Shown here: positions 29,162 to 43,052 of the stretch, one piece after another
Position numbering within the stretch: the stretch's first letter is position 1
How the letters are laid out: each line of letters begins with the position of its first letter
Origin: Chrysomallon squamiferum
Lineage: Eukaryota > Animalia > Mollusca
Direction of reading: 5' to 3'
Length of the DNA: 64,000 nt
Assembly: GCA_012295275.1 (NCBI GenBank)
Contig: CM022673.1
Location: forward strand, 9,424,001-9,488,000
Made by a program: the position numbers and the translations under genes
Notes under the pieces: generated by a model
The model's database searches: none
What the model was told of the DNA's origin: nothing
What the model saw: only the letters and a program-made list of their open reading frames with translations

Positions 29162-29195
<34 letters not shown>

Positions 29196-31190
29196 ACTGA
29201 TAAAATGAATGATCTAAATTAATTTTGCACCTTTTGATGGGATCTGGTTTTTTTTTTAATGATTAAGAATGACAATAATTTAATTTTCAGGATTAAGCAT
29301 CCATACAAAGAAATTCAGCTTTTTCACAATTCTTCAATATCAAGAATTTATAAAACTCAAGATAGTATTTGAATATTTGTAATTAACCTTTTTTTAGTCA
29401 AGAATATTTCCACTTTAACTGACTGCTTTGTATATGTCAGCAACATCTTTTACTTAATATCATACCATATGGTTTTGTGTTCTGTTAATTGTCTGTTTTA
29501 TTATCAATATTTACTAATTTAAAAAAAAATATATTTTATTCATTTTATTTCTTTTACAGGATATGAAGACATATCTATATAAAAATGATATATACTAATG
29601 ATACAGTAAAAGTATCTAAACTACAGAATATTCATAAAAAAACACATTCTTACTAATAAAATAAAAATAAAAAATTATCACGTTTTAGCTGAACAAATTT
29701 CATAATTCTCAAACTTATCAACAAAACTATCTACAAAGTAAAAACAGATAAATGTAAAATTTTCTTTCTAAATATATTCAAACAATATTATCTATAAAAA
29801 TAATCTAAAAATCATTAAATTAATAATTTAAAAAAAAAAATCCACAAATTCACAGAATTAAAAACCATGCCCCCAGTGTATATATATCATTAATAAACTA
29901 AACTAATATAAAAAGTTTACCTGAATATATTTCAAAATCAACAGCAGACATGGTTATCCAGTTAAGAAAGTTTGTTCAAAGATAGAGGAAGTTGTGAATG
30001 GAAGAGGTTATCATAAACGAACCTAATCAATCAACTTTATTCTAATTTGCAGATGCCCTAAAGGTAAGTTTACAGTTATTGACTTTATGTAACGGTTTCT
30101 AATATGAAATAATACTAAAACTTTCAAGTTAATGTATTTTTTAAAATATGAAAGTTTTATTCTTTTTTTATTTTAACTCATTAATTTCACTCTTTTCATA
30201 CAAATTCCTTCTTCTTCTTCTCTTCTGTCTTTTATCCCATTTTTTTATTTGCTTTCTTCCTCGTCACCTTTCTCTGTAATATAAATTATATCACTCTCCA
30301 TCCTTCAATCTATTTCTTTCATTTTTCTTTTCTCTCTCTCTCATTTTTCTTTTCTCTCTCTCATTTTCTTTATCTGCAATATCTTAGGGCATGCACAAGA
30401 TTTTCATTTTTCTCTTATTTATTTACTGTTGATGTTTTCTTGTTTTATATATATTATAAACTTTTTTATATTTATTTCTGATTATTTTCTTTGATTTATT
30501 ATTTTAATTTTGTTTATTTATTTATTTTACTCTATTTTATTTTTTATTTTTTTATTTTTTTGGCTTCTGTTTCATTTTGTTTTGTTAAATATTTATTTAT
30601 TTGTTATTTTTTTGTTGTTTTTTTCATTTAATTTCAGCTTTTATTTTAATTTTTTTTTTTTTTTTATTAAATAATATATATATTTATTTACTTACTTAAT
30701 ATTTTTAGCTGTTTTTCCTGCTATTATTTATATTTTAGAAATAAAACTGACACTAAAAGATAAATTACAGAGACATTAATATCACTACTAAAACTTTTAT
30801 TACCTGCTCTTCAACACTTTAACTGTTTTATATAGCAATTTACAAATTTACTTTATTCATTTACTTTAAAAATAAATAAATAAATAAAAAAATAAAAAAT
30901 TCTGCTTTAAGAAAACAGATCATTAATTTTATAGCTTCAATCCATCAGGCATGTTGCACTCACCTGTGTTGTGGTTCAGGTAAAAGGTGTGTTGTGCAAG
31001 CCTCAGGTAAATAAACAAAGTTCTGACAGGTCCAGTGACACATTAAGAAAATAACACACCTTTAAGAGATCTGGCTGTAAGGGCTGTGTGAGAAAATTTT
31101 TTTTTTTTTTTTTTTTTTAAAATAGAGGAAGGAAGGAATGATATAAGCTGAAGTAGTGAGAGAGATAAAGTGATTGAGAGAGAGAGAGAG

Positions 31191-31255
<65 letters not shown>

Positions 31256-31277
31256 TACAGAGATAGAGAGAGTAAGA

Positions 31278-31342
<65 letters not shown>

Positions 31343-34300
31343 AAAAAACCTATTCTTGAATGAGTAACAGAAACACCTGGTATAAGACAGAGAAAACAAC
31401 AGCTAGCAAGAGAGAGAGAAAGAATTAAAAAAAACAAAAAATAAAGAATGAAGGAAGGAAAAAAACTGTAAAAAAGAGCCTTAGAACTTAGTGAACAAAC
31501 AAAAAAATTTACTTCCAAATAAAGCCCAAACATAGCAAGAAAATAAAAATTAAAGAAAAAAGAATACAAAAAGAAAAACAGAAAAACAAAAATTAAAGAA
31601 AAATAATTATGCTGAAAAAATAAATTAAAAAAACCCAAACAAATGAGAATAATGTTGCTTAAAACAGCTTATCTTAAACAAAAAACTCCCCCAAAAAACA
31701 AGTTTGTGTTGAATATATTTCCTAACATTTTATCACAATATATATACATTTTTTTCTTTTTAAAATAAATATTTCACAAAACAACACATCATAAAGCATA
31801 GCTGCAGTGCAAAAACTATATCACCTGCCTCAGCAATACATGCATGCATTAATCAGCAAAGATTTAGAAATATTTTCATAAAAGATGACAACATACTAGC
31901 TGTGTTAACTAAAAGATGGGGGAAGTTTTGTAAATAAAAAGATCTGCATATTCACACGTAATTAAAACACTACCTCAAATGTGTACAGACTTTAAAGAAA
32001 TTAAAAAAATATATATATATTTTAAAGCTGTTTTGATTCTGAATAATATTTGTAAAATAAACTTGTATCTTCCTAACAAACCTCTGCAAGGCAATTTGAC
32101 CACAGAACCTATCATTCTAAAGCTGCTTGCTCAACAATTGTAAAACTGAGGGTGGTGTATTAAACTTGTCAAAAATAGAAGAAGATGGTTAAAATACATT
32201 TGTAAAACCATAAAAACACTAAAGCTGATAAAACAAAGAATAATAAAATTGTGTTTCTCTGTTTGTATAAATTTGAATGACACCAACAAAAAAAAAAAAA
32301 AAAAAAAAAAAATAAAAAAAAATGATGGTTCAATATAAAATTTATGTATCAGTTTCAGAAATCACAGTTAAGATATAAAAGAAAGGATAAATGTAATGGT
32401 GAACATAATAAATGTAAAAATAGAAATTATTTTAAAAGTCAAAGGTAGTAAAATATTTACTCTTTCTTTCATGTTTTATTATTTTATACTGAACTTCTTT
32501 TTATTTATTTTTTAACCTTGTTCTTGAATTTTCTTTTGTATCTTAAGTAATTTATTTACATTTTAATTTTTAATTTTTTTTATTTTGCTTTTGAATTTAT
32601 CCATTTTTTGTTTTTCAGTTTCATCATTTCTATTTAATATTTGATTTCTGCTTTATTTATTTTGAATTTTCTATGTTTTATTTTTAGTTAAATTATTTTA
32701 GATATTTTCCCTATTGGTTTTAATTTAACTACATTTTTCTTATTATTTTATTTTAAGGCAGAATTTAAAAGAAAAAACCAAAATAACAACAAAAATTTTT
32801 ATAAAAAAATCTAGCAATTAACATTACCAGAAAAAAATTTCTCTCAAAACAATCAAAAAAAATCTCACAATTTTTCAGCCAAATGTATTTATTTTATTTT
32901 CACCTTCAAATCTAAACAAACTTCCTAAACACATATTCACATAAACCCATCTGAGAAATGTTAGAATTTCAAATTAGTGAATCAAATCAGTAATGACAAA
33001 CATATTCTCCCAGACAGTGATAGAAAAATTCCTTCATCAAACAGATAATAACAAACAGATGTGGTCAAAGTATTTTCAAATTAGCAACAACAAATTTACA
33101 TATCTTTTCAAAACTAATTAAACAGTCTCAGTACAGACTGGAAAAGATGCCTTGCTGCTGTTCATAAGAATTAACTCTTGTGGTTATGGCAGCAAGTTAC
33201 CTAAAATCATTTTCAAATTTGCCTGAACTAATCTACATAATTACCTTCCAAACCTTATTAAATATCCTTTCTCTAGAGACTTCAGAAAAGTTTCCTTGCT
33301 GCTTTGGTTAAAAGTGTCCTTGGAAGTTATGGAGCAGATTTCTTATATCAAAATTAATAACAGTAATAATGATATAATAAAATTTAAAAACTATTAAAAA
33401 AAATTAAAATTTGAAAACAGAAAAAAAAACATAACACTGACATCTTCCCCATTTAAGTAGGAATAACATATTAACAGTAAAAAGTTTAGCTATGATAATA
33501 AATAAAATTTTAAAAAATATTAGAGAAAAAAAAATTACCCTCAAAAATCCACAAACAAAACAACAACATAATACTGACATCTAATATTAAATCTTACCAC
33601 TACTGAGATAGGAATCAGACGATTTATAACACTAAAATTTCAGCTATGTCAGAAGCAGTCAAAATCCAGAAATCTTACTTGACCCATGAAAACATGATAC
33701 AAAACACTAGATGTAGGTATGATATGAAATACCAAAGATTCTTTTAAAAACTGTTACAACTCAGTGTACTGCATGTGTTGTAACATTTATTATAAGTACA
33801 AAGAAAAATAAAACTCAAGACCCTACAAACACATACTGAGAGGTTAAAAATATTCTTGATTTATAACAATTTTATCATCTCCTAGAGTCCTACAAAAGCA
33901 GTGTTTGAATTCATCACACCAAATACTGACAGATGACAACAAACAGATGTCATCAAAATATTTTTGCATTAGTCATGTCAAATCTACACATTTTTCAAAA
34001 CTAATCAAAATACTAAATCTGCAGACTAAAGATAGCTTTATCTCTCAGTTGTAGAGTTTGGCCATGGGTGGTCTTAGGATCAATCCTTCACAGAGGTCCT
34101 AAAGGAGTTTTTCACAATCTAATCAGTAACCACTGCATGATAGATTGTGTTCAGACCAATGAGAAGGCATACATTAAAACATATTTTGCTGCTAATTTGA
34201 AACAGTAACTTTGGAACAGTGTTCATAGGTTTATCTTTTATATTAAAATTAGTATTACATTTTTTATTATATTAATTTACTAAGTAATATACTGATACAA

Positions 34301-34747
34301 ATATTAACTCATTTCTGCAGCTGTTTAGATATCTGTGACAAAATTCTCCCTGTTAAGTGCAAATGGATAACAATAATAATAGACAGACACAGACCAAATA
34401 TTTTCAAATTAACCATATCAGATCAACATAGCTTTCAAAACTAATCATATACTCAGAAGAAACTAGAAATAGGTTATAACTTAATGTTACTGGCTGCTGG
34501 TTCAAATATCTTTGGTGTACAATTCTGGTTAATTCACATTCCAGCCAGATCTGTAAGACTAGAATGCGTGTTATATCCATTATTGTTGTGTTTGTTCGAA
34601 TCTATGAGAAGGTTTATATAAATGTTCTCTTTCTGCTAATCAGTAAAAACACATCTTATAGTTGTACCAGAATAAGGATCAGAATTTTCACTTTATTAGC
34701 ATAAAACAAAAAATTAAATAAATAAATGTTAGTAACACTTAAAACTT

Positions 34748-34786
<39 letters not shown>

Positions 34787-35512
34787 TAAATACATACACA
34801 CACACACACATGTATACTTTAAGAATGTACAGCATCTGAGTTTAATAACTCAAAATCAGAAGTCCCAGTTTTAATAAAGCTATATCAAGTTTTGGAACTT
34901 TAAACAGAAAAAATGTAAATAATGCATATATTTGTATTTACACAGCAGATCCTTTAAACAAATATAATAAAACAAATATTTGTACAAGTGTAACATATTA
35001 TTTATTCAGTATTGTAAATTTATTTACAATACCAAACTCAACTAAATAATTATTTATTAAACAGAGCATACCATGAAGAAATTCTGTTTATTTTCTTTAC
35101 ATTCTTTATGTAATTTATGTTGCTAATTTGTATGCTGCTAATTTTTATATATATATATACACACACACACATATAGGTGGTACACAGTGACAAACACATT
35201 TAAGGAACCATGCAACATTTTCAGAATACAACCAAAAATACCAGAGATGGGAAATAATTCCAGGACTGTCAGAGTTATCTCCTCCTCCCATGATATTTCT
35301 AAGACAACTTTTGAATTATAATACCCACAAAATATTACCACAAATGTGTAAATTAAAATAAACTGTCTTTTCAGTACAATATGAAACAACTATAGGCCTG
35401 GGAAGAATTGTCTGTTCAGGATTTATCTCCCTTGACAAGAATTAATAATAATAATAATAATAATAACAACAAAAAAGTATTAATGAATTAGAAATGGAAT
35501 AAAATGACTAAC

Positions 35513-35894
35513 CTGCAAACATGCTGGTGTCAACCTCTCCACCACCAACAGCAGAAGCAACAGCAGCAGCAGCACTGAACACAACTTTATGGCTTGAAGA
35601 GTTATCACCTCCTGAATTATCTCCCTCTGAGCTTTCTTTCACTTCACTGGAATTCACAGTTTCTTCCACTTTTTCCGGGACCGTTTCAAGGATCTGAGAA
35701 TGACCTCTCTCCACTTTGATGGTCAGGTTATCCCCACTGTCTGGAATTTCGTCTGGAATGTTGGATTTCTCACTGTCTGGATTGTCAGACACTGACACGG
35801 TTAGGATTTCATTGTCTGCAAGTTTGGCGATGTTCGTGTCAGCCAGGAGGTAGGAATCTGTCAAAGTTTCCATATCCTTCGATTTCCGCTTTTC
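35513..35894 (-). CDS. ANKS1: ANKS1 exon 13 (382 nt): EKRKSKDMETLTDSYLL...GGGEVDTSMFA(G)
   Basis: Acceptor tttccaatag|, donor CAG|gttagt; ORF 35508..35873; the terminal FAG resembles the recalled FAGLLHGS motif in the linker of vertebrate ANKS1. Confidence 0.85.
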
Positions 35895-37956
35895 CTATTG
35901 GAAAATTCAAATACACTGAATTGGTCATTTTTTTACCAAATATTTATGATTACTCATTTTCATTTCATTATATTTTGACAATTTTTTTTCTTTTTTTTTT
36001 CCATTTTTTTTTTTTTTTTTTTTTTTTATTATTAATGTTGTTGTAATTTTTTATTACATAGATTTTGTAAAATACATAAATTAAAATTTAAAAAAATAAT
36101 AATAAAATTACTGTTATTTATTAAAATTATTAGAATCATCATCATCATTACTCCAAAATACAGTAGAATATCATTTTCTGTATTTCATCTTTATTTTATA
36201 TTTCACATAATAAAGATATTTAAGTAATTAAAAAAAAAAAAAAAAAAATAAAAATTATTTTAAAAACTCTAAATCAATTAATCATAAATTATATTTATCA
36301 AATACATTTTTTTTTTTTTTTTTTTTAAAATAGTGTAAAACATACAAAATTAATAATTTAAACAAAAGCAACTACAATTGTTAGCATCAAATCTAGCCAA
36401 AAAAATAATTTAAAAATGAGTTAATAAGCTAAAAACCTAATTAATTTATATTAATAGTTATTAGTTTATATTATAATTAGATTAAATCACACAATTTTGT
36501 AAATATTACTGCATAAAGAAGAAACCTGCTCACATCAAGGGTTACTCTTACTATTACCAAAGCAAGAAATTTCTTGTATGAACAACATTCCCATAAACAT
36601 TCAAACACATATTATGTAACTTAAGATACACAGATTGTGGAGCACTGGTTGAATAGGAAAATATCTCTAAATAACAACTAAGATTATAGATCCTATACAC
36701 TGTGTTAGCCAAATTCCCGCATTCAAAACTGACTGAAACAGGCCCTTCAGATTCAAATACAGACCTCCATTACCAAAAATCAGAATATGAATCAAGTACA
36801 TTTATGTCCGTTTGGTATAACAGTTAAAAAAAGAACCCCAACTTGAGAAACCAATATGTTTTCCTGAGTTAGTACTGTTAAATTCCTGTTTTTCTTTCCA
36901 TTTCCAGTTTTTAGTATCGATATACAGTTTTAGTTGAATATCGTTACAAATATAAATAACAATAAAAACAGAATTAATTAATAAACGACAATGTCAATCA
37001 AAAAATATCATTTAAATATTATTTAAGAGCATTTGAAATATATTCTTTAATGTATAAACGAATGAAAGCCGGATTCTTAAAAACTTTGTTGTTTTTATGT
37101 AATTGTATGAAAACGAATGCATTTTGAAAATCTAATAAAATAAAATAAAATAAAGCTTAGTATTTGTACATGATATTGTATTATTTTTCTACATTATTAT
37201 TTGTATGTTTATTTTCAGTTTAACATGTGTTGGAAGAATTAAAAGAAAGAAAGATTTCTGTGGATGTATGTATGTCTGTGCATGTTTGTTTATTTGTGTG
37301 TACATCAATACTTATAAAAGCAGATTAAATATCCATAAAGATAATATATAAATATGCAAATACAAGGTCTACTGGTTATATAAGCTATATTATATCCCAA
37401 AGCAAAACAGGCATAAAAGCATATTTATTTACAATCAAAATATTTCTTGTACTGCTAGAATTAAAAAAGAAAGTCAGCAACTTTAATATAAATATATCAT
37501 ACATTAGATATTTAAGTTACAGTTTAAAAAGGCTATTGATACACATGTTGATATTGATTTAATATCCATCAAACAACTTCTTAAAAACTGATTTAAATTT
37601 TATGTCTTTAATTTTAAAATATCTTAACTATTTTAGTTTTTTTCACATTAAACAAATTTTAGGATAAAAATATGTAAAAATAAAAAATCAGTATTTTGTA
37701 TTTTTATTTCAAAATAAATAAACAAATATATAATAATAATATTAATAATAATAATAAAATAATAAAATAAGAATGATAATAAAATAATTATAATAATGAA
37801 TAATACTAAGAATGAAATAATAATAAAATAATAATAATAATAATAATAAATAACAAAATAATAAAATAATATAATAGTGAAATAATAATAAAATAAGAAG
37901 TATGAAAAAATAATAATATATTAATAATAACAATAATAATAATATATAATAATAAT

Positions 37957-38045
<89 letters not shown>

Positions 38046-38142
38046 AATAATAATAAAATAATAATAATAATAAAATAATAATAATAATGAAATAATAATA
38101 AAATAATAAGAAGAAAGAAAAAAAATAATAATAACAATAATA

Positions 38143-38173
<31 letters not shown>

Positions 38174-38445
38174 CAGAAAATCTGTAATGTTTTATTAAGT
38201 CTTTGCTGTGCTGCAGGTCTAGGTGTGTGTGTGTTTGTTAGCAAAGCCGAGCTACCTGAGGGTTAATTTTCAGAGTTATTCCACTCACTGCTGTGGTGGG
38301 TGAAGGTGGTGGGTGATCTGGGGTGGGAGGCTGTACGTAGCTCGATGGAGACAGTGGAATTTCACTACCCCCAAGACTAATCCGTTTTGAGTCAAGAGGC
38401 AGGGAAGAAGGTTTCTGAGCTTTGTCACCATTGCCTGCAAGATTC

Positions 38446-38491
<46 letters not shown>

Positions 38492-41400
38492 TGAAAAAAT
38501 GAAATAGAACTCAATAATAATGATCTAAAGATGAAATAAAATTGGAAAAATAACATAAGAATGAAACAGAACTGATTGTTAATAATTGTAAAAATAAGAC
38601 AAAATTGAATGATACTATAAAAGGTAAAATAAAAATCGAATGACAGTATAAATTTGATTTGAAAACAGGAAAAAATGAAACGGGAATAAAACATAGATAG
38701 AAATGTTGAAAGCAATGTTCCATTTCATCTAAAACAGAAAATCAAACAGTAAAAACGTATTATCTAAACAAACATAAACTAGCAAATATCCTTTTGAATT
38801 ATAATCAAACTGGCAGGTCATTAGGATTGATCCCACAACCCAAGGATCCTTAAGTCAATTCTTAACCATATATAGTAATAAACAATTTTTCTCAACCTAT
38901 AATTAACAAAACACAATATTGATTTTACAACACAGAGATATAAGCTTAACGACAGAACAGTAAACCATTTCTCTTAACCTGTGTAATCATAAAACACCTG
39001 TGTAATCATAAAACAACGTATTAACTTGTTTTACCATTCTTTGTACTTTCAGGTGGTGTGAAACCCGACTTCTCCACCTCAAACTGCTCTCTGATATTCG
39101 TGTTCAATTTCCCAGAAGGATACGAAAATATCACTTCATCATAGGTGCTTGCACCCTCACCCACGTCCTGTTCAACTGAGACAGAAGCGGGTTTCTCCTC
39201 CAGAGTGTCAGAAATTTTATCATCATTCACCATCGACTTCTCGGTGACCTCAACTCCAGCTTCTGGGTGATTTTTCACTTCAACGTCTTCCGTCTGCGAT
39301 TCATTTTCATTTTTCACCTGTCCTTCACCTTTCGCCTCATCTTCCTTTCTTCCATCATCACTTCCAACGTGTTCGTTTTGCATTTCATGATCGGATACTC
39401 TTTTCCCACCTTCATCACTTGTCGAAGCTCCTTTGACAACTTTGGCGTCATCATCATCATCGTTGTTGTCTTCTTTCTTCAGCACCACCCCTGGGATATG
39501 AATGTTGACGTATTCTGTCTTGTTGGTCTGAGCATCAACTACCAGTGAGGACATTCTTATGTATTCATACTGATCTTGTTCTGTGTCGTCAGACTCTTTC
39601 AGGTATCTCAGCAGATTCTGGATTGGAAGTTTTCCTCGGAGCAGGCGAAGGTTGAGGTGGTTTCGACTGAGGCGACACAGAGAGAGTCTTGGAAGCACGG
39701 GGTGGTTTCTGTGGTTTTTTCTGTGCATTTTAGAGAAAACAGTAATAATACCTGGTTTTAAGTTGGTATTGTGGATGCAGATGAAAAAGTAATTAGTGTT
39801 TAAAAGAAAACAGAGAAAGAATGAGAAAGGAAAAAAAAAAAAAGAATGAAAGGAAAAAAAGGAAAAAAGGAAAGGGAATGAATGAATGATGAAGAAAACC
39901 AAGAATGAAAAAGAAAAGACAAAAGGAGGAATGAAAAAGAAAGACAGAAAAGTAAGAATTGAAAAGTAAAAGAAAAAAAGGAAAAGATAATGAAGTAAAA
40001 GATGAAGAAAAAGAAAGAATGATGAAAGTACAAGAAGTAACATAGTTTTAAGTGTATTAAATTTTTTTTACCAAGATGTTCATGTGTGCAGAAAGTATTA
40101 CACTTTGCGTATACAGACTTTAAAATGTGCTTATTCCAAAACAAAGAATAGAAAAAGGAAAGGAAAGAACAAGAAAGAAATAAGAAATCATAAAAAGATA
40201 AAGAAAAAAATTACAGATAAATAAAATATAGGAAAAAAAGGAAGAATAAAATTTTTGAAAAAATAAAAGGATGGAAAGAAAAGACTGAATGAAAAGGAAG
40301 AATAAAAGTTGGAAAGAAGGAACAAATTTAATTCCGATCAGTGGTATTATCTAGAAAGAAAAATGGATAAAAATTACCCATTACATGGTACTATTATAGT
40401 AATTATATACTGCATTTTAAACAGAACACTAGAAGTACAAAACGGCCTATGAAGTTGTTTATTCTGAAACAACAGTGATCAAGTTGACAATTAATTAACA
40501 CAAATGATATTGAAATACTTACTACTGGAACAGATATACTGGAAGACATGTTGTCAGGCAACACCACACCTGAAGTGAAAAATTATTTTAATTTCTTAAA
40601 ACAGTAACTAAAGATTGTGAAAATATTTAATATTTTCACATATCTTCAAAGAGAAAAATGATAAAATACACATCAATGATCTTTAAATAGGAAAACAAGA
40701 TATTTAAATGCTAAAGATGAAAGGTAATTATGTATAATACCTCTGATTAACAAATTAACATCTTTACCTTAAAGGTAGCTATAATTAAGTAATATTTAAT
40801 TAATATTTATTTTGTATATATGTATATATGTGTGTTTGTGTGTATGTGTTTTTTTGTATGTGTGTATTTAAATGCACTCTTTCTGTAATAACCTATATTT
40901 ATTTATTTTATTTATTATGCTTATCATATTTATTTACTTATTTACTTTATTACTGTCATAAAGAAAATAAATTAATAAAAAGAAAAATTATTTTGAGACA
41001 AACCTGTGGAAACTGGAGTAGGCTGAACTGGAGGGACATCGTACACATCATCATCATTAGTGTACAACAGCGCAGTGTCTCTCTTTGTGACTATCATGGA
41101 AGGTTGTCGGGGAGGGATTGGGGGAGGTGACACATCAGGGCTGACAACATCAGTGCTGGAATAAAAAATAAATTAGAATTCCAATAAATAAGTAAATTAA
41201 ATATTTGTTAAAACAAACTTTCACAACAGACTGAGTTAATGTGATTAAATGTGTGTGTGTGTGTATATATATATACACACACATCTGTAAAACAAATAAA
41301 TTATATCATTTTATTAATATATTATCAGTATTTATCATAATAAATAAATAAAATGAGAAAGAAATAAAGGAATCCATACATACAGACATAAATAAATTAA

Positions 41401-42972
41401 CAAAAACATAATAAATAAATAACTAAATAAATAAATGATTTTTCGCTACATTGTCATTTTGAAATTACAACATATATTAAAGGTATTTTTCAAAAATAAA
41501 TAAATAAATCTGTAAATAAATAAATAAATAAATAAATCTGTAAATAAATAAATAAATCTGTAAATAAATAAACAAATTCACAGATAAATAATAAGATAAA
41601 TTAAATAAACTAATAAGAAAAGGTTAAAAAATCAAACCTCTGAACACATTTCTCGACATCAACTTCTAAACTGTACGTATGATCAGCTGTTTCCGTGTTG
41701 TCTCTGAGAATACTGGTGCGCGGGGCTGGAACGGGTTTTGCAGGGGATTCTGGGAAGGTGTCTGGGTATTCGTCTTCTGATGGCGTTCGGTCTTCAAATG
41801 AACACAAGATGGCATTCTTTTTTATGTGATCTACCAATAAATAAAATAAATAAATAAATAAAGCATAGAAGTAATAAACTAATATCTTTTTTTTTTTTAT
41901 GTATGTAGGTACATCTTGCTATGTACAAGTCTTATTTTAGTAAAAAAAAAAAGTATTGTGTGTATGTGTTTATGTGTTTGTGTGTACCTGTTTGTGTGTA
42001 CCTGTTTGTCTGGTAGTATGCTCATATATATGTATATACATGTGTATGTACATGTATGTATATATATTGGTCTTTGTATGTGTGTATATATATATATGTG
42101 TGTCTGTGTTTATATATGTATGTTATTGACTATTATGTATGTATGTGTGTGTGTGTATATATATATATATATACATACATACATATATATGTATCTGTGT
42201 ATGTATGTATGTATATATATATGTATGAGTGTCCACATTTATATATACTCTTACATGCATACACAAATATCTAATTATCAACACACACAGATGCATACAT
42301 ATAAATATATATATATATATTTTAAATACGTGCTGTATAACAACAATTATCATAGGAAAAACCACATTCTAATTTTTCTCAAAAGCAAAGAAACACATTT
42401 AATTTCAGGAATAGTGTTAAATGCAGCCTACCTTTAATAAGAGCAATGGCCTCACAGGCTTTCTGAGCTGGCAGGGCACTGAGGATTTCTATAGCATTCA
42501 GACCGTACGAGTCCTTTTCTGTCACATCAACACCTGAGAAGAAACCAGAACATAACATGCTATTTGTGCTTCAAAACATGGTTATTTCTTGCAAATATGG
42601 TATTTTTGTATGTTTGTACTTCTGTCAAAACATGACATTTCTGTATGGAAGTAATTGTTGTCAAAAATATGGGGTTTTTTTGTACGGATTTATTTTTGTC
42701 AAAATATCACATTCCTATGTGGATGTATTCGTCTTGCTGTTTTTCTGTGGATATATCTGTGTAAAAAAATGACAGTCGTGGAGTTTTGCCACACATTATT
42801 TCCTTCTATGTTGAATATACATGCTCACTGTGTATGTGGATTATTTATTTATATTTTTGTGTTGTTGTGGTTTGTCAATATTACATCAATATTTATTTTA
42901 AGCTTAAAATTAGAATGAGTTTTGTTGTGTATATGTCTTTGTGTCTGCATGCATTTTGATTTATTTGTGTTG

Positions 42973-43052
<80 letters not shown>

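Noticed and set aside
39560-39591. Stop readthrough or A-to-I editing of the exon 11 TGA as the rescue
   Set aside because: The same frame hits another TGA seven codons later, so readthrough cannot restore the protein
39721-40144. Hydrophobic Phe-rich N-terminus of the 340-aa ORF, resembling transmembrane segments
   Set aside because: It is a T-rich intron tract upstream of the exon 11 acceptor
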